This document shows positions 20,203 to 29,897 of a stretch of DNA of 64,000 bases, piece after piece. Location: NCBI GenBank assembly GCA_019752575.1, contig JAIELW010000013.1, positions 82,573 to 146,572 on the forward strand, read 5' to 3'. The notes beneath the pieces were generated by a model. The model had not been told where the DNA came from, searched no databases, and saw nothing but the letters and a program-made list of their open reading frames with translations. The position numbers were made by a program, and so were the translations under genes. The first letter of the stretch is position 1. Every line of letters starts with the position of its first letter. Source of the stretch: Xanthobacteraceae bacterium (GTDB lineage Bacteria > Pseudomonadota > Alphaproteobacteria > Rhizobiales > Xanthobacteraceae).

Positions 20203-20577
20203 ATGGCAGCTTTCGGCGCAAGCGCATTCTTCGGCAGGTTCCGTGCCCGCAAGGGTGACGCCGCGCGCGTGCGCAACGAGTTCTGGCCCAAGATGAAAGC
20301 GGTCGCCGCGAAAATTCCCTTCGCCGAGGATGCGCTCGCCGCCTATTACTGTACGCTCGACCGCGATACGCCGCTGCGCGTGCGCGGCACGCTCTTGGCG
20401 GCGCTCGCCTATTTCGTGATGCCGCTCGATTTTCTGCCCGACATGCTGCCGGCACTCGGCTTCACCGACGACGCGGCCGTGCTGATGGCGGCGTTCCAGA
20501 TGATCTCATCGCACATCAAGCCCGAGCACCGCGACGCCGCAAAGGCGGCGCTGAGTGATATTCAGAAGAGCAACTAG
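20203..20577 (+). CDS. YkvA family protein (DUF1232)
   Basis: The internal ATG at 20203 (MAAFGASAFFGRF...) avoids overlap with thpR. The LAYFVMPLDFLPDMLPALGFTDD core is typical of DUF1232. Confidence 0.8.
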   Translation: MAAFGASAFFGRFRARKGDAARVRNEFWPKMKAVAAKIPFAEDALAAYYCTLDRDTPLRVRGTLLAALAYFVMPLDFLPDMLPALGFTDDAAVLMAAFQMISSHIKPEHRDAAKAALSDIQKSN

Positions 20578-20738
20578 TCGTCGTCCCCGCGAAGGCGGGG
20601 ACCCATAACCACGACTGGCTGTTATTTTTGCCGGCAGTCGCGTTAGTTATAAGCGCTGGGATTATGGGTCCCCGGCCGCTGCGGAGCCTGTCATCGGGCG
20701 CGCGCAAGCGCGGCCCGTTGGCAGCGCCGAGGACGACA
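20578..20738. repeat. REP-like composite palindromic element between convergent genes
   Basis: CCCCGC-GAAG-GCGGGG hairpin. GGGACCCATAA (20598-20608) is complementary to TTATGGGTCCC (20662-20672). Outer arms are GTCGTCC (20580-20586) and GGACGAC (20731-20737). The GTCCCCGCGAAGGCGGGGACCCATAA unit is a recognisable Bradyrhizobiaceae-type repeat. Confidence 0.75.
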
Positions 20739-20745
20739 ATAATTT

Positions 20746-21720
20746 TCAAGGCACCAAAACGATCTTGCCCTTCACCTTCCGCTGCGCAATCGCGTGGAAG
20801 GCTTCCACCGCATTGTCGAATTTATAGCGCGCGTCGAGATGCGCGGAGAGCTTGCCTTCGGCGGCAAGCCGCACGATTTCGTCGAGATGCTTCTTGTTCG
20901 CTTCCGGGTTTCTGCGCGCGTAATCACCCCAGAATACGCCGACGATGTCGCAGCCTTTGAGCAATGCAAGGTTCAGTGGAATTTTCGGAATTTCGCCCGC
21001 CGCGAATCCAATCACGAGGAAGCGGCCTTCCCAGGCGATCGAGCGCAGCGCTGGCTCCGCGTAAGGCCCGCCGACCGGATCGTAGATCACGTCGACACCC
21101 TTGCCGCCGGTCAACACTTTCAGCCGTTCTTTTAAATCCTCTTTCGAGTAGTCGATGACTTCGTCGGCGCCGTGCTTTTTCGCAAAATCGAGCTTCTCCG
21201 GCGAAGACGCGGCCGCGATCACTTTCGCGCCGATCACCTTGCCGAGTTCGATCGCGGCGAGACCCACGCCGCCGGACGCGCCGAGCACCGCAAGCGTCTC
21301 GCCAGCTTTCAGTTTCGCGCGGTCTTTCAGCGCATGGATCGTCGTGCCGTAAGTGATGATGAGACCCGCGGCTTTCTCAAGCTCGAGCGCCTGCGGAACC
21401 TGGATCAGCGCACGCGCGGGCACCGCGATCTTCTCGCGCGCGGCGCCGGTCGGCAGATTTCCGCAAACGCGGTCGCCTGCCTTGAAACCGGTGACGCCCT
21501 CGCCGACCGAATCGACCGTTCCGGAAAACTCCGCGCACGGCGAGAACGGCAATTCGGGCTTGTACTGGTACTTGTTCTGGATGATCAGCGTGTCGAAGAA
21601 ATTGAGCGAGGCGGCGGCGACCTTCACGACCACTTCGCCCTTGCCGGCCGCGGGCTCCGGAATATCCCCGATTTCGAGCGCTTCGGGGCCGCCGTGACGC
21701 ACGCAAAGTACCGCTTTCAT
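20746..21720 (-). CDS. NADPH:quinone oxidoreductase family protein (MDR zinc-type alcohol dehydrogenase-like)
   Basis: 324 aa from ATG 21720 (MKAVLCVRHGGPEALEIGDIPEP). Nucleotide-binding motif GASGGVGLAAIELGK. Confidence 0.9.
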   Translation of the reverse strand: MKAVLCVRHGGPEALEIGDIPEPAAGKGEVVVKVAAASLNFFDTLIIQNKYQYKPELPFSPCAEFSGTVDSVGEGVTGFKAGDRVCGNLPTGAAREKIAVPARALIQVPQALELEKAAGLIITYGTTIHALKDRAKLKAGETLAVLGASGGVGLAAIELGKVIGAKVIAAASSPEKLDFAKKHGADEVIDYSKEDLKERLKVLTGGKGVDVIYDPVGGPYAEPALRSIAWEGRFLVIGFAAGEIPKIPLNLALLKGCDIVGVFWGDYARRNPEANKKHLDEIVRLAAEGKLSAHLDARYKFDNAVEAFHAIAQRKVKGKIVLVP

Positions 21721-21910
21721 CGCTTCATCTCCGTCCCTGATCGCGCGGGCTTCCCGCGCCATGTTTTTGTCCGCCTCCCTGCCTAGATAAGCGCCGCCAG
21801 ACATGAAGGCGGCTTTCCTTGGCAGCGGGCCGGAAAGGCGGCTATTTCTAGTGGTTGTCGCGGTGTTTGTCGCGGGGACTTATGCGCCTGCCCGGCAAAA
21901 AGGAATTTCG

Positions 21911-22543
21911 ATGAAGCTGCGTCTCGTCTTTGTTGCGCTGATCGGCGCCGCTCTCGCCTCGACCGGAGCGATGCATTCCGCTGCGCAGGACGGCGAGAAG
22001 AAAGCGCCGGTGAAAGCCGCGCCGAAGAAAGAAGCGCCGAAGCAGCCCGAAAAGAAGGAAGCGCCCAAAGCCGAACAGAAAAAAGCCGAGCAGAAGAAGA
22101 CCACGCCCGGCACGCCCGCGCTGGTCGCGCAGTTCGGCGACTGGGGCGTCTACGTGAACAAGACCGCGAAGACGTGCTTTGCGCTGACGCAGCCCAAAGA
22201 TCGGCAGCCCGCGAACGTGAAGCGCGATCCCGCCTATTTCTTCGTCACTACGCGCCCGAACGACAAGCTCAATAACGAAGTGAGCATCATGGCGGGCTTT
22301 CCGCTGAAGGAAGATGTCGAAGTCGCGTTGATCGCGAACGGCGCAAGTTTTCCGATGTATGTCAAAGGCCACGGCCTCTGGGTCAAGGATCCTGCCGACG
22401 AGCCGAAACTCGTCGCGGCCTTGCAGAAGGATAAAGAAATCGCCCTGAAGCTCACGCCTGCGAAGGGCGCCGTCACCACCGACCGCTATTCGCTGACCGG
22501 CTTGCCGCAGGCGCTCGAGCGCGTCGCGAAGGAATGTCCGTGA
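21911..22543 (+). CDS. invasion-associated locus B (IalB) family protein
   Basis: ATG 21911 ([26 protein letters not shown] signal peptide). A Lys/Glu/Pro/Ala-rich low-complexity linker is followed by a conserved IalB-type domain ([21 protein letters not shown]...). Confidence 0.85.
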   Translation: MKLRLVFVALIGAALASTGAMHSAAQDGEKKAPVKAAPKKEAPKQPEKKEAPKAEQKKAEQKKTTPGTPALVAQFGDWGVYVNKTAKTCFALTQPKDRQPANVKRDPAYFFVTTRPNDKLNNEVSIMAGFPLKEDVEVALIANGASFPMYVKGHGLWVKDPADEPKLVAALQKDKEIALKLTPAKGAVTTDRYSLTGLPQALERVAKECP

Positions 22544-23697
22544 AACACTCGCTTGCAGGCATCGACCGCTTAGAGCTTTCCGAAGCGCTCGCTGAAACCG
22601 GCGTGCCTGAGCGCGAGCGCAGGATGCGCGTCTCGCAGCTCTGGCACTGGATTTATTTCCGCGGCGCCCGCGACTTCGAGGCGATGACGAATGTCTCGAA
22701 AGAATTGCGTGCGAAGCTCGCCGGGCATTTCACGCTCGAGCGCCCTGAAGTGGTGGCCGAACAGGTATCGTCCGACGGCACACGCAAGTGGCTCATTCGC
22801 CTGCCCGCCGATACGCCGGGCGAGAAGCCGCACGACATCGAAGCGGTTTACATTCCGGAGAGCGACCGCGGCACGCTTTGTATTTCTTCTCAGGTCGGCT
22901 GCACGCTGAACTGCTCGTTCTGCCACACCGGCACGCAGCGCCTCGTGCGCAACCTTTATGCGTCCGAGATCGTCGCGCAGGTGATGATCGCAAGAGATCG
23001 CCTGGGCGAGTGGCCGGGCATGACCCGCGCCGAAGGCACGGCATCGGAAGCCGACGCCCCGCGTCTCATTACCAACATCGTCTTCATGGGTATGGGCGAG
23101 CCGCTTTATAATTTCGACGGCGTGAAATCCGCGATCGCGACCATCTCCGACGATCAGGGCATTTCCATCGGCAAGCGCCGCATCACGGTTTCGACCTCCG
23201 GCGTGGTGCCGATGATCGAGCCTTTGGGCAACGATGTCGGCGCGATGCTCGCGGTCTCGCTGCATGCCACGCGCGACGATCTGCGCGACGAGCTGGTGCC
23301 GCTCAACAAGAAGCACCCGATCAAGGAGTTGTTAGATGCCTGCCGCGCCTACCCCGGCGCGTCGAACTCGCGCCGCATCACCTTCGAATATGTGATGCTC
23401 AAAGACGTAAACGACACGCCGAAGGACGCGAAAGAACTGGTGCGTCTCTTGAAGGGCATTCCTGCCAAGATTAATCTAATCCCCTTCAATCCCTGGCCCG
23501 GCACCAAATACGAATGCTCGGACTGGGAAACGATCGAGAAATTTTCCGAGATCGTATTCAACGCGGGCTACGCGAGCCCCGTGCGCACGCCGCGCGGCCG
23601 CGACATTCTCGCTGCCTGCGGGCAGTTGAAATCTGAAACCCAGAAACTTTCCGCGCGCGAGCGCATGGCATTACGCGCCATGGCGATGACGGACTAA
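22534..23697 (+). CDS. rlmN: 23S rRNA/tRNA (adenine-C2)-methyltransferase RlmN (radical SAM)
   Basis: 387-aa ORF with [18 protein letters not shown]. It overlaps the ialB-like stop by 10 nt. Confidence 0.95.
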   Translation: MSVKHSLAGIDRLELSEALAETGVPERERRMRVSQLWHWIYFRGARDFEAMTNVSKELRAKLAGHFTLERPEVVAEQVSSDGTRKWLIRLPADTPGEKPHDIEAVYIPESDRGTLCISSQVGCTLNCSFCHTGTQRLVRNLYASEIVAQVMIARDRLGEWPGMTRAEGTASEADAPRLITNIVFMGMGEPLYNFDGVKSAIATISDDQGISIGKRRITVSTSGVVPMIEPLGNDVGAMLAVSLHATRDDLRDELVPLNKKHPIKELLDACRAYPGASNSRRITFEYVMLKDVNDTPKDAKELVRLLKGIPAKINLIPFNPWPGTKYECSDWETIEKFSEIVFNAGYASPVRTPRGRDILAACGQLKSETQKLSARERMALRAMAMTD

Positions 23698-23703
23698 AAA
23701 AAG

Positions 23704-24144
23704 ATGGCGCTTTTCCTCCGCTCCATCGTGATCGCTTTCGCTTTCCTGATCTCCTGCATGGCGGCGGCCTTCGTCGTGGCTTACGGCCTCGTCGCGCCCG
23801 AGATCGCCGGCTTCAAGGGCAGCCCCGAATTCTTTCTCATGTTTCTGTTTCTTGGCGGCGCGGCTGGCGTGGTCACGCCGTTCTACGTCTTCGCGCCGTC
23901 CTTCATCGTCATTATGATTGCGGAAATGTTCTCGCTGCGCTCGGTCCTGTATTACGCATTGGCTGGCGCACTGATCGGCGCGCTCGCTTATTTCATGACC
24001 GACATTGCCGCGCGCATCGCGGGCAAAGGCACGGTGGTGCCGATCACGCAGGAATTGCGGTGGCTGACGGCCGCGGGAATTATCGCGGGCTTCGTTTACT
24101 GGCTGATCGCGGGTCGTAATGCCGGGAAATGGAAAGGCGTGTAA
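23704..24144 (+). CDS. uncharacterised four-TM membrane protein (paralog 1)
   Basis: 146-aa ORF with strong codon bias. Shares IMIAEMFSLRS and the C-terminal GFVYWLIAGRNAGKWKGV with the next gene. Confidence 0.75.
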   Translation: MALFLRSIVIAFAFLISCMAAAFVVAYGLVAPEIAGFKGSPEFFLMFLFLGGAAGVVTPFYVFAPSFIVIMIAEMFSLRSVLYYALAGALIGALAYFMTDIAARIAGKGTVVPITQELRWLTAAGIIAGFVYWLIAGRNAGKWKGV

Positions 24145-24213
24145 CCGATGCGCATCGTTAGACGCGCCCTAGTCCGGAAGGAATTTTCAAATCGGCAATA
24201 ACGGGAGATGTCG

Positions 24214-24651
24214 ATGAAATTTCTGGTGCATTGTTTCTTGATTCTGCTTGCTTACGCCGCCGCGACCTTCGCCGCCGGACTTGTCATCGGCTTCGGCGCT
24301 CTATTTGCGAATGCGGGATGGGCCGCGCTTGGCGCGGTTGTTTCGCCTTCCGTGCTCGTCGATGTGTTCGCGACCGCGACGTTCTTCTGGCTTTTTCTGA
24401 TCCTTTGGCTGGCGGCAATCCCGTTTTTGATCGCGATTATCCTTGCGGAAATTTTCAATATCCGCTCCGCGCTGGCTTATCTGCTGTTCGGCACGGCCCT
24501 CGGCCTGCTCGCGACCTTTGGCGACGCCGGCTATATGCCGTGGCTCAAGTTAGGCAGCGGCACGATCCTGAATGTGATCACTGGCGCCGTCGCAGGGCTC
24601 GTCTATTGGCTGATTGCGGGACGCAGCGCGGGGAACTGGAAGGGAATCTAA
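24214..24651 (+). CDS. uncharacterised four-TM membrane protein (paralog 2)
   Basis: ATG 24214 has GGGAG 6 nt upstream, whereas ATG 24208 abuts the SD. IILAEIFNIRS and the C-terminal GLVYWLIAGRSAGNWKGI match paralog 1. Confidence 0.75.
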   Translation: MKFLVHCFLILLAYAAATFAAGLVIGFGALFANAGWAALGAVVSPSVLVDVFATATFFWLFLILWLAAIPFLIAIILAEIFNIRSALAYLLFGTALGLLATFGDAGYMPWLKLGSGTILNVITGAVAGLVYWLIAGRSAGNWKGI

Positions 24652-25244
24652 CCCTTCGCCACCCATTCCATCGCCGCTTCCAGGCGATCGTTACCCCAGA
24701 ACATTTCGCCGTCTTCGGTAACGAATGCCGGCGCCCCAAAGATTCTTAATTTCTGCGCGGCCTCGGTTTCCTTGCGCAGCAGGTCCTTGACCGGCGGCGT
24801 GTTCACCTTCTCGAAAATTTTCGCCGCGTCCTCGCCGAGTCCCTCCAGGATTTTCTCGATCACTTTTGTATCGGCGACATCGGCGCCATGCGCGAACTCC
24901 GCGTCATAGACCGCGCGCGTAAACGCCGCGCGCATCTCGCCTGAAAAACAAAGCGCCACCCGCGAAGGCAAGATCGGGTGTGCCGGAAATATCTTCGGCA
25001 TTTTGAAGTTCGGCAGTCCCTGTGCTTCCGCCAGCCGCTCCAGATCGCGGATCATGTAGCGGCCCTTGTCCGGATAGACGTTGAAGGGCGAAGTCTCCCA
25101 GCCCTGCGCCTTGAAGATCGGACCGAGCAGAAACGGCCGCCAGTTCACCTCGATATCGTAATCGAGCGCGAGATCGTCGATCCGCATCGCCGAGAGATAC
25201 GAATAGGTCGAGGCGAATTCGTAGAAGAAGTCGAGTTTGGCCAC
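24648..25244 (-). CDS. 2-hydroxychromene-2-carboxylate isomerase family protein (DsbA-like thioredoxin fold)
   Basis: 198-aa ORF with MAKLDFFYEFASTYSYLS... and ...FGAPAFVTEDGEMFWGNDRLE, typical of the HCCA isomerase/DsbA-like family. Confidence 0.88.
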   Translation of the reverse strand: MAKLDFFYEFASTYSYLSAMRIDDLALDYDIEVNWRPFLLGPIFKAQGWETSPFNVYPDKGRYMIRDLERLAEAQGLPNFKMPKIFPAHPILPSRVALCFSGEMRAAFTRAVYDAEFAHGADVADTKVIEKILEGLGEDAAKIFEKVNTPPVKDLLRKETEAAQKLRIFGAPAFVTEDGEMFWGNDRLEAAMEWVAKG

Positions 25245-25313
25245 GGGAATACGTCCGATTCTCGTACAAAGAATAGCGTGCCTTGCCGCTTCCGCGAGCC
25301 TTCTCGCGACAAC

Positions 25314-25341
25314 CTTGCGCGGACTTATGACCGGCCTATAA
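25314..25341 (+). promoter_or_regulatory. candidate sigma70-type promoter for argG
   Basis: CTTGCG (25314-25319), a 16-nt spacer, then CTATAA (25336-25341), about 35 nt upstream of the argG ATG. Confidence 0.4.
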
Positions 25342-25374
25342 CTGCCGCGACTTCGGCCCTACCACGAGCGACGA

Positions 25375-26604
25375 ATGACCAAGAGCGTAAAGAAGGCGGT
25401 GCTCGCCTATTCCGGCGGCCTCGACACCTCGATCATCCTGAAGTGGCTGCAGACGGCCTATAATTGCGAGGTCGTAACGTTTACCGCCGATCTCGGCCAG
25501 GGTGGCGAGCTTGCGCCCGCGCGCGAGAAGGCGCTGCGCGCCGGCATCAAGGAAGAAAACATCTTCATCGAGGACGTGCGCGAGGAATTCGTGCGCGACT
25601 ATGTCTTCCCGATGTTCCGCGCCAACGCGCAATACGAGGGTCTCTATCTGCTCGGCACGTCGATCGCGCGGCCGCTGATCGCGAAGAAGCAGATCGAGAT
25701 TGCGAGAAAAACCGGTGCGGATGCCGTGGCCCACGGCGCAACCGGCAAGGGCAACGATCAGGTGCGCTTCGAGCTCGGCTATTACGCGCTCGAGCCCGGC
25801 ATCAAGATCATCGCGCCGTGGCGCGAGTGGGAATTCAAGGGCCGCGAGGAGCTGCTCGCGTTTGCGCGCAACCACCAGATCCAGATCACGAAGGACAAGG
25901 AAGGCGAAGCGCCGTTCTCGGTCGACGCGAATCTTTTGCACTCTTCTTCCGAAGGCAAGGTGCTCGAAGACCCGAATGTCGAAGCGCCGAATATCGTCTA
26001 TCAGCGCACCAAATCGCCGATGGAAGCGCCGGATAAGCCCACGACCGTGAAGATCGGTTTTGAAAAGGGCGATGCGGTTTCCATCGACGGCAAGAAACTC
26101 TCGCCCGCTTCGCTGCTCACTAGATTGAATGAACTCGGTTTCGAGAACGGCATCGGAAGACTCGATCTTGTCGAGAACCGTTTCGTCGGCATGAAGTCGC
26201 GCGGCATCTACGAAACGCCGGGCGGCACGATCCTCTTGGCTGCCCATCGCGCGATCGAATCGATCACGCTCGACCGGGGTGCCGCGCATCTGAAAGACGA
26301 GATCATGCCGCGCTACGCCGAGCTGATCTACAACGGTTTCTGGTTCTCGCCGGAGCGCGAAATGCTGCAAGCCCTGATCGACAAGAGCCAGGAGCATGTC
26401 GAAGGCGAAGTCACACTCAAGCTCTATAAGGGTAACGTGATCACGGCCGGCCGCGCTTCGCCGAAGTCGCTTTATTCTTCGACCCTCGTCACCTTCGAGG
26501 ACGACAAAGGCGCTTACGACCAGAAGGACGCTGAGGGCTTCATCAAGCTCAACGCACTCCGCCTGCGAACGCTTGGCTCCCGCAACAAGGGCAAACCGAA
26601 ATGA
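25375..26604 (+). CDS. argG: argininosuccinate synthase
   Basis: 409-aa ORF with the N-terminal ATP-binding motif AYSGGLDTS and full-length similarity to type-1 ArgG. Confidence 0.97.
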   Translation: MTKSVKKAVLAYSGGLDTSIILKWLQTAYNCEVVTFTADLGQGGELAPAREKALRAGIKEENIFIEDVREEFVRDYVFPMFRANAQYEGLYLLGTSIARPLIAKKQIEIARKTGADAVAHGATGKGNDQVRFELGYYALEPGIKIIAPWREWEFKGREELLAFARNHQIQITKDKEGEAPFSVDANLLHSSSEGKVLEDPNVEAPNIVYQRTKSPMEAPDKPTTVKIGFEKGDAVSIDGKKLSPASLLTRLNELGFENGIGRLDLVENRFVGMKSRGIYETPGGTILLAAHRAIESITLDRGAAHLKDEIMPRYAELIYNGFWFSPEREMLQALIDKSQEHVEGEVTLKLYKGNVITAGRASPKSLYSSTLVTFEDDKGAYDQKDAEGFIKLNALRLRTLGSRNKGKPK

Positions 26605-26816
26605 CGATCCGCAAAATCATCGGCATCCTCGTCTGCCTGCTCGGCATCCTCGTCGGCGCGGTGCTGTCGGGCATGTTCATCCTGATCATGCTCGCTTATT
26701 GGGGGGCGCCGGAAAATCCGGGCAGCGAGGGCAACATCGTGCTCGGCATCTCCGCGCTGATCGGCGCATTGATCGGCTTCGGCATTTACAAGCTCGGCCG
26801 CAAGATCGCGGGCTGA
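26601..26816 (+). CDS. small two-TM membrane protein (71 aa), translationally coupled to argG
   Basis: ATGA overlap with the argG stop. Third-position GC and codon choice are like neighbouring genes. Two hydrophobic segments. Followed by a terminator hairpin. Confidence 0.65.
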   Translation: MTIRKIIGILVCLLGILVGAVLSGMFILIMLAYWGAPENPGSEGNIVLGISALIGALIGFGIYKLGRKIAG

Positions 26817-26821
26817 AAATA

Positions 26822-26854
26822 GAACCGGCCGCAGCTCTCGCCGCGGCCGGGTTC
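26822..26854. terminator. bidirectional terminator hairpin between convergent genes
   Basis: Stem CCGGCCGC (26825-26832) / GCGGCCGG (26843-26850), extendable with one bulge. T-rich flanks on both strands. Confidence 0.6.
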
Positions 26855-26866
26855 AGGTTTGCGAAT

Positions 26867-28144
26867 TTATCTCGCGCTCTTGCTCACCGTCATCGCGCCA
26901 TACACCATCGCTCTCAATTCAGCCTGGTAAGCGGCGCGGATCGACGGTCCCTGCATAAAAACGATTCCGACGAGCTTCTCTTTGGAATCGACGAAGTAGC
27001 GAGGGCCGGTAATCCCGCCCCAGAACAGATCGCCGACGCTTCCGGGGAATGGCGCCGCGCCGTCTTCGACGCGAACGGGATTGAACAGGCTCCACGAATA
27101 GCCGTCGCCGGGATGGGCCGCGCCGCGTTGCGTGCCGATGTGATTTGCCATGGCCCAGCGAACCGTCTGCGGCGACAACAGGCGGACGCCATCGAGCGTT
27201 CCTTCGTTCACGAGCAACTGCAACACCCGGAAGAAATCGCCTGTCGTTGAGGCCATTCCTGCGCCGCCCGAAAAACGCTTCGGGGCGCGGGTGACATCGA
27301 GCCACTCGAAGACCCACATATCCTTGTCGGTGGAGAGCGGGCGTGCGTAGCGCGCAAGGTCCGGCCCTTTCACATGAAACGTCGTTTCCTTCATGCGCAG
27401 CGGATCGAGCACGAGCTCTTTCAGCGCGACATCGAGCGGCTTCTTGGTAACGCGCTCGATGATGTGACCGAGCAGATCGGTCGCGATCGAATATTCGAAC
27501 GTCGTTCCCGGCGAGAAAGCGAGCGGCAGCGTTGCGAGCTTCTGCAACATTTCGTCCGCGGTCATGTTGTCCACGCGGTCGATGCCCAGCTCTCTATACT
27601 TGGTGCGCAGCGCATTCGGCGGGAAAAAGAAATAGGTAAACCCTGCCCGGTGCGTCAAGAGATCGTGAACCGTCGGCGCGCGTGCCGGGTTCACGAGTTC
27701 GGTCGTTACCGTTCCGCCGGCATCCTTGCGCTCTACCGCGACTTTCAAGTCTTTAAGCTCCGGCAGGTAGGTCGCGATCGGCGTCATGATTTGCAGCTTG
27801 TTCTGTTCGAACAGCCGAAGCACCGCGATCGTCGTGATCAACTTGGTCGACGAGGCGATCGGATGGATCGAATTGAGCTGCATCGCGATCTTCTTGTCCT
27901 TATCGGCCCAGCCCACCGCCTCGTGCAGGATGACCCTGCCGTCGCGCGCGACCAGCACGATCGCACCGGGACTTCTTCCCTTTTCGACATCAGCTTTAAG
28001 CCAGTTCGTGATCGCGTTGAGCTTCGCGGCATCGAACCCCGCGCCGGCCGCGATTACCGGAGCGACATCGCGAGCGAGCGCTGGCGCCGGCTGCAGCGCC
28101 AGAACAGATAACAGGACGAACGCCCCTAACAGAATTTTCCTCAT
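26867..28144 (-). CDS. serine hydrolase, beta-lactamase/penicillin-binding-protein (class C / esterase EstB-like) family
   Basis: 425-aa ORF with signal peptide MRKILLGAFVLLSVLALQPAPALA and SxxK motif ASSTKLIT. Confidence 0.88.
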   Translation of the reverse strand: MRKILLGAFVLLSVLALQPAPALARDVAPVIAAGAGFDAAKLNAITNWLKADVEKGRSPGAIVLVARDGRVILHEAVGWADKDKKIAMQLNSIHPIASSTKLITTIAVLRLFEQNKLQIMTPIATYLPELKDLKVAVERKDAGGTVTTELVNPARAPTVHDLLTHRAGFTYFFFPPNALRTKYRELGIDRVDNMTADEMLQKLATLPLAFSPGTTFEYSIATDLLGHIIERVTKKPLDVALKELVLDPLRMKETTFHVKGPDLARYARPLSTDKDMWVFEWLDVTRAPKRFSGGAGMASTTGDFFRVLQLLVNEGTLDGVRLLSPQTVRWAMANHIGTQRGAAHPGDGYSWSLFNPVRVEDGAAPFPGSVGDLFWGGITGPRYFVDSKEKLVGIVFMQGPSIRAAYQAELRAMVYGAMTVSKSAR

Positions 28145-28221
28145 TCTTTCCTCCCTTATTCGCCCTTTCGGGCATGCGGCGGGATTTCCCGTCTCGCCAA
28201 TTGAGTCCAGATTAGACTAGT

Positions 28222-28239
28222 TAGTACGATATCGCACTA
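28222..28239. promoter_or_regulatory. 18-bp imperfect palindrome, candidate MarR operator
   Basis: TAGTACGATATCGCACTA has 16 of 18 positions self-complementary, centred on GATATC. It lies in an AT-rich 128-nt spacer between the divergent hydrolase genes, and a MarR gene lies in the + operon. Confidence 0.4.
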
Positions 28240-28272
28240 AATAAGTGGCGTGAGCTTTGTGCGGCGCAGAAC

Positions 28273-29241
28273 GTGATACGAGAACGAATGCGAAAACGCT
28301 TGATCAAGCTGACCCGCCCAGCCGGGCCAGCCATTGGCCTGTGGGAGATCGCGGAGCCGGTGGTAGCTCTGCCGCCGATATTGCTGGTGCACGGGGCGAC
28401 GTTCGGCGCGGCGATTTTCGATCTGGATCGGACTGGCTACTCGCTGATGGCCTACCTGGCGTCGAACGGAAGACAAGTCTATGCGCTCGATATCCGGGGC
28501 TACGGCTCGTCCATGGACACCGATGTAATGAATGCACCGGCAGCGCTTCATCCGCCCTTCGCGCCCGCGAAAGAAGCGCTCGACGATATCGGATTGGCGG
28601 TATCGTTCATTTGCGAGCAGACGCATGTAGACCGCATCGATCTCGTCGGATTCTCGTGGGGTACGATCACGTCGAGTCTTTTCGCGACAAGTTTCCCGAA
28701 CGCGGTCCGCAAACTCGCGCTTTATGCGCCGCTGTTCGGCGAACACAATGATCTATGGCGCCGCCGTATCGGGGACGCGAAAGACCCGGCACGATTGGCA
28801 AGCCGCTACGGCGCCTATCGGCGGATTTCTCTTGGAGACATTGTAGCGCGATGGAATGACGACTTGCCTGAAGCGAACGTGCAAGCTTTTCGCGAGGAAG
28901 GCGTTGCCGAGTTGTTGTTCAACTCACAGGCTGCGCTCGATCCTGGTGCGGCCGGCTCCGAGCCGAAATCGTTCCGTTGTCCGAACGGCGCGCTCGCCGA
29001 TCTGATCCAGATCTTCAACGGTCATCCGCTGTACGATCCGGCCAGATTGACGATGCCGGTGCTCTTGGTTCGCGGGGAATACGACACCACTTCGACGCGC
29101 ACGGACGCGAAGAGCCTCTATTCGCAGCTTGATCATCCGCAAGCGAGATACTGCGAAATCCCTGGGGGATCGCATTTCTTGTGCGTTGAACGGAACCGCC
29201 ACTCGCTGTACGAGGAAATTCGTGGATTTCTCGAAACGTAA
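28273..29241 (+). CDS. alpha/beta hydrolase fold protein
   Basis: Nucleophile elbow LVGFSWGT, with an HG-type oxyanion region LLVHGATFG. The start is GTG 28273 or ATG 28288. Confidence 0.85.
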   Translation: MIRERMRKRLIKLTRPAGPAIGLWEIAEPVVALPPILLVHGATFGAAIFDLDRTGYSLMAYLASNGRQVYALDIRGYGSSMDTDVMNAPAALHPPFAPAKEALDDIGLAVSFICEQTHVDRIDLVGFSWGTITSSLFATSFPNAVRKLALYAPLFGEHNDLWRRRIGDAKDPARLASRYGAYRRISLGDIVARWNDDLPEANVQAFREEGVAELLFNSQAALDPGAAGSEPKSFRCPNGALADLIQIFNGHPLYDPARLTMPVLLVRGEYDTTSTRTDAKSLYSQLDHPQARYCEIPGGSHFLCVERNRHSLYEEIRGFLET

Positions 29242-29258
29242 CGAATGGGTTCTCGCTC

Positions 29259-29795
29259 ATGGCTAGACGGCGTGCGGGCGCGGTTGAGGCTGCGAACATG
29301 AGCTGGCAGCCGGCAGCGGAGCCCGTTCATTCGCTCTTGCTCAAGGCGATTCTGACCGAGAACCCGATACCGGCAGCATATCGGATCAATTACGTCGCGA
29401 ATTTTTATGTCGGTCCGCTGGTCGCGATGATGGAAGCGTCTTTCAAGCTGACGCGCGCGGAATGGATCGTATTGTTTTGTTTGACGCGGCAGCCCCGGTT
29501 GAACGCGCAACAGATCAGCATCGTGACGGGCCGGCCCAAAACCAGCATCGCGAGCGCTGTCAAAAAACTTCAGCGCAGAAAACTTATTACGCGGGTAACG
29601 GACGTCGCCGACAGCCGGAGGCAGGTTCTCCACCTCACGGCGTCGGGCAGGGAAATGTATCAATCCATCGTGCAGAATTTTATCGAGCGCGAGAAGGCCA
29701 TGCTCGCCGGCCTGACTGCCGCCGAGCGGCAGGAACTGACGAGACTGTTCGACAAGATTATTCGAACCGCGGGCGATTGGGCGAAGCCATATTAG
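29259..29795 (+). CDS. MarR family transcriptional regulator
   Basis: 178-aa ORF with the wHTH region EWIVLFCLTRQPRLNAQQISIVTGRPKTSIASAVKKLQRRKLITRVTDVADSRRQVLHLTASG. The alternative ATG is at 29298. Confidence 0.88.
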   Translation: MARRRAGAVEAANMSWQPAAEPVHSLLLKAILTENPIPAAYRINYVANFYVGPLVAMMEASFKLTRAEWIVLFCLTRQPRLNAQQISIVTGRPKTSIASAVKKLQRRKLITRVTDVADSRRQVLHLTASGREMYQSIVQNFIEREKAMLAGLTAAERQELTRLFDKIIRTAGDWAKPY

Positions 29796-29897
29796 AGGGC
29801 TCGCTGCCTGCGGAGGCCGGCAAATGGCTGGTCTCGCTCATTCCATTTGGCATAGTCTGACCTATCTTAGGCGGACATTCTTCTGGGAGCCTCCACC

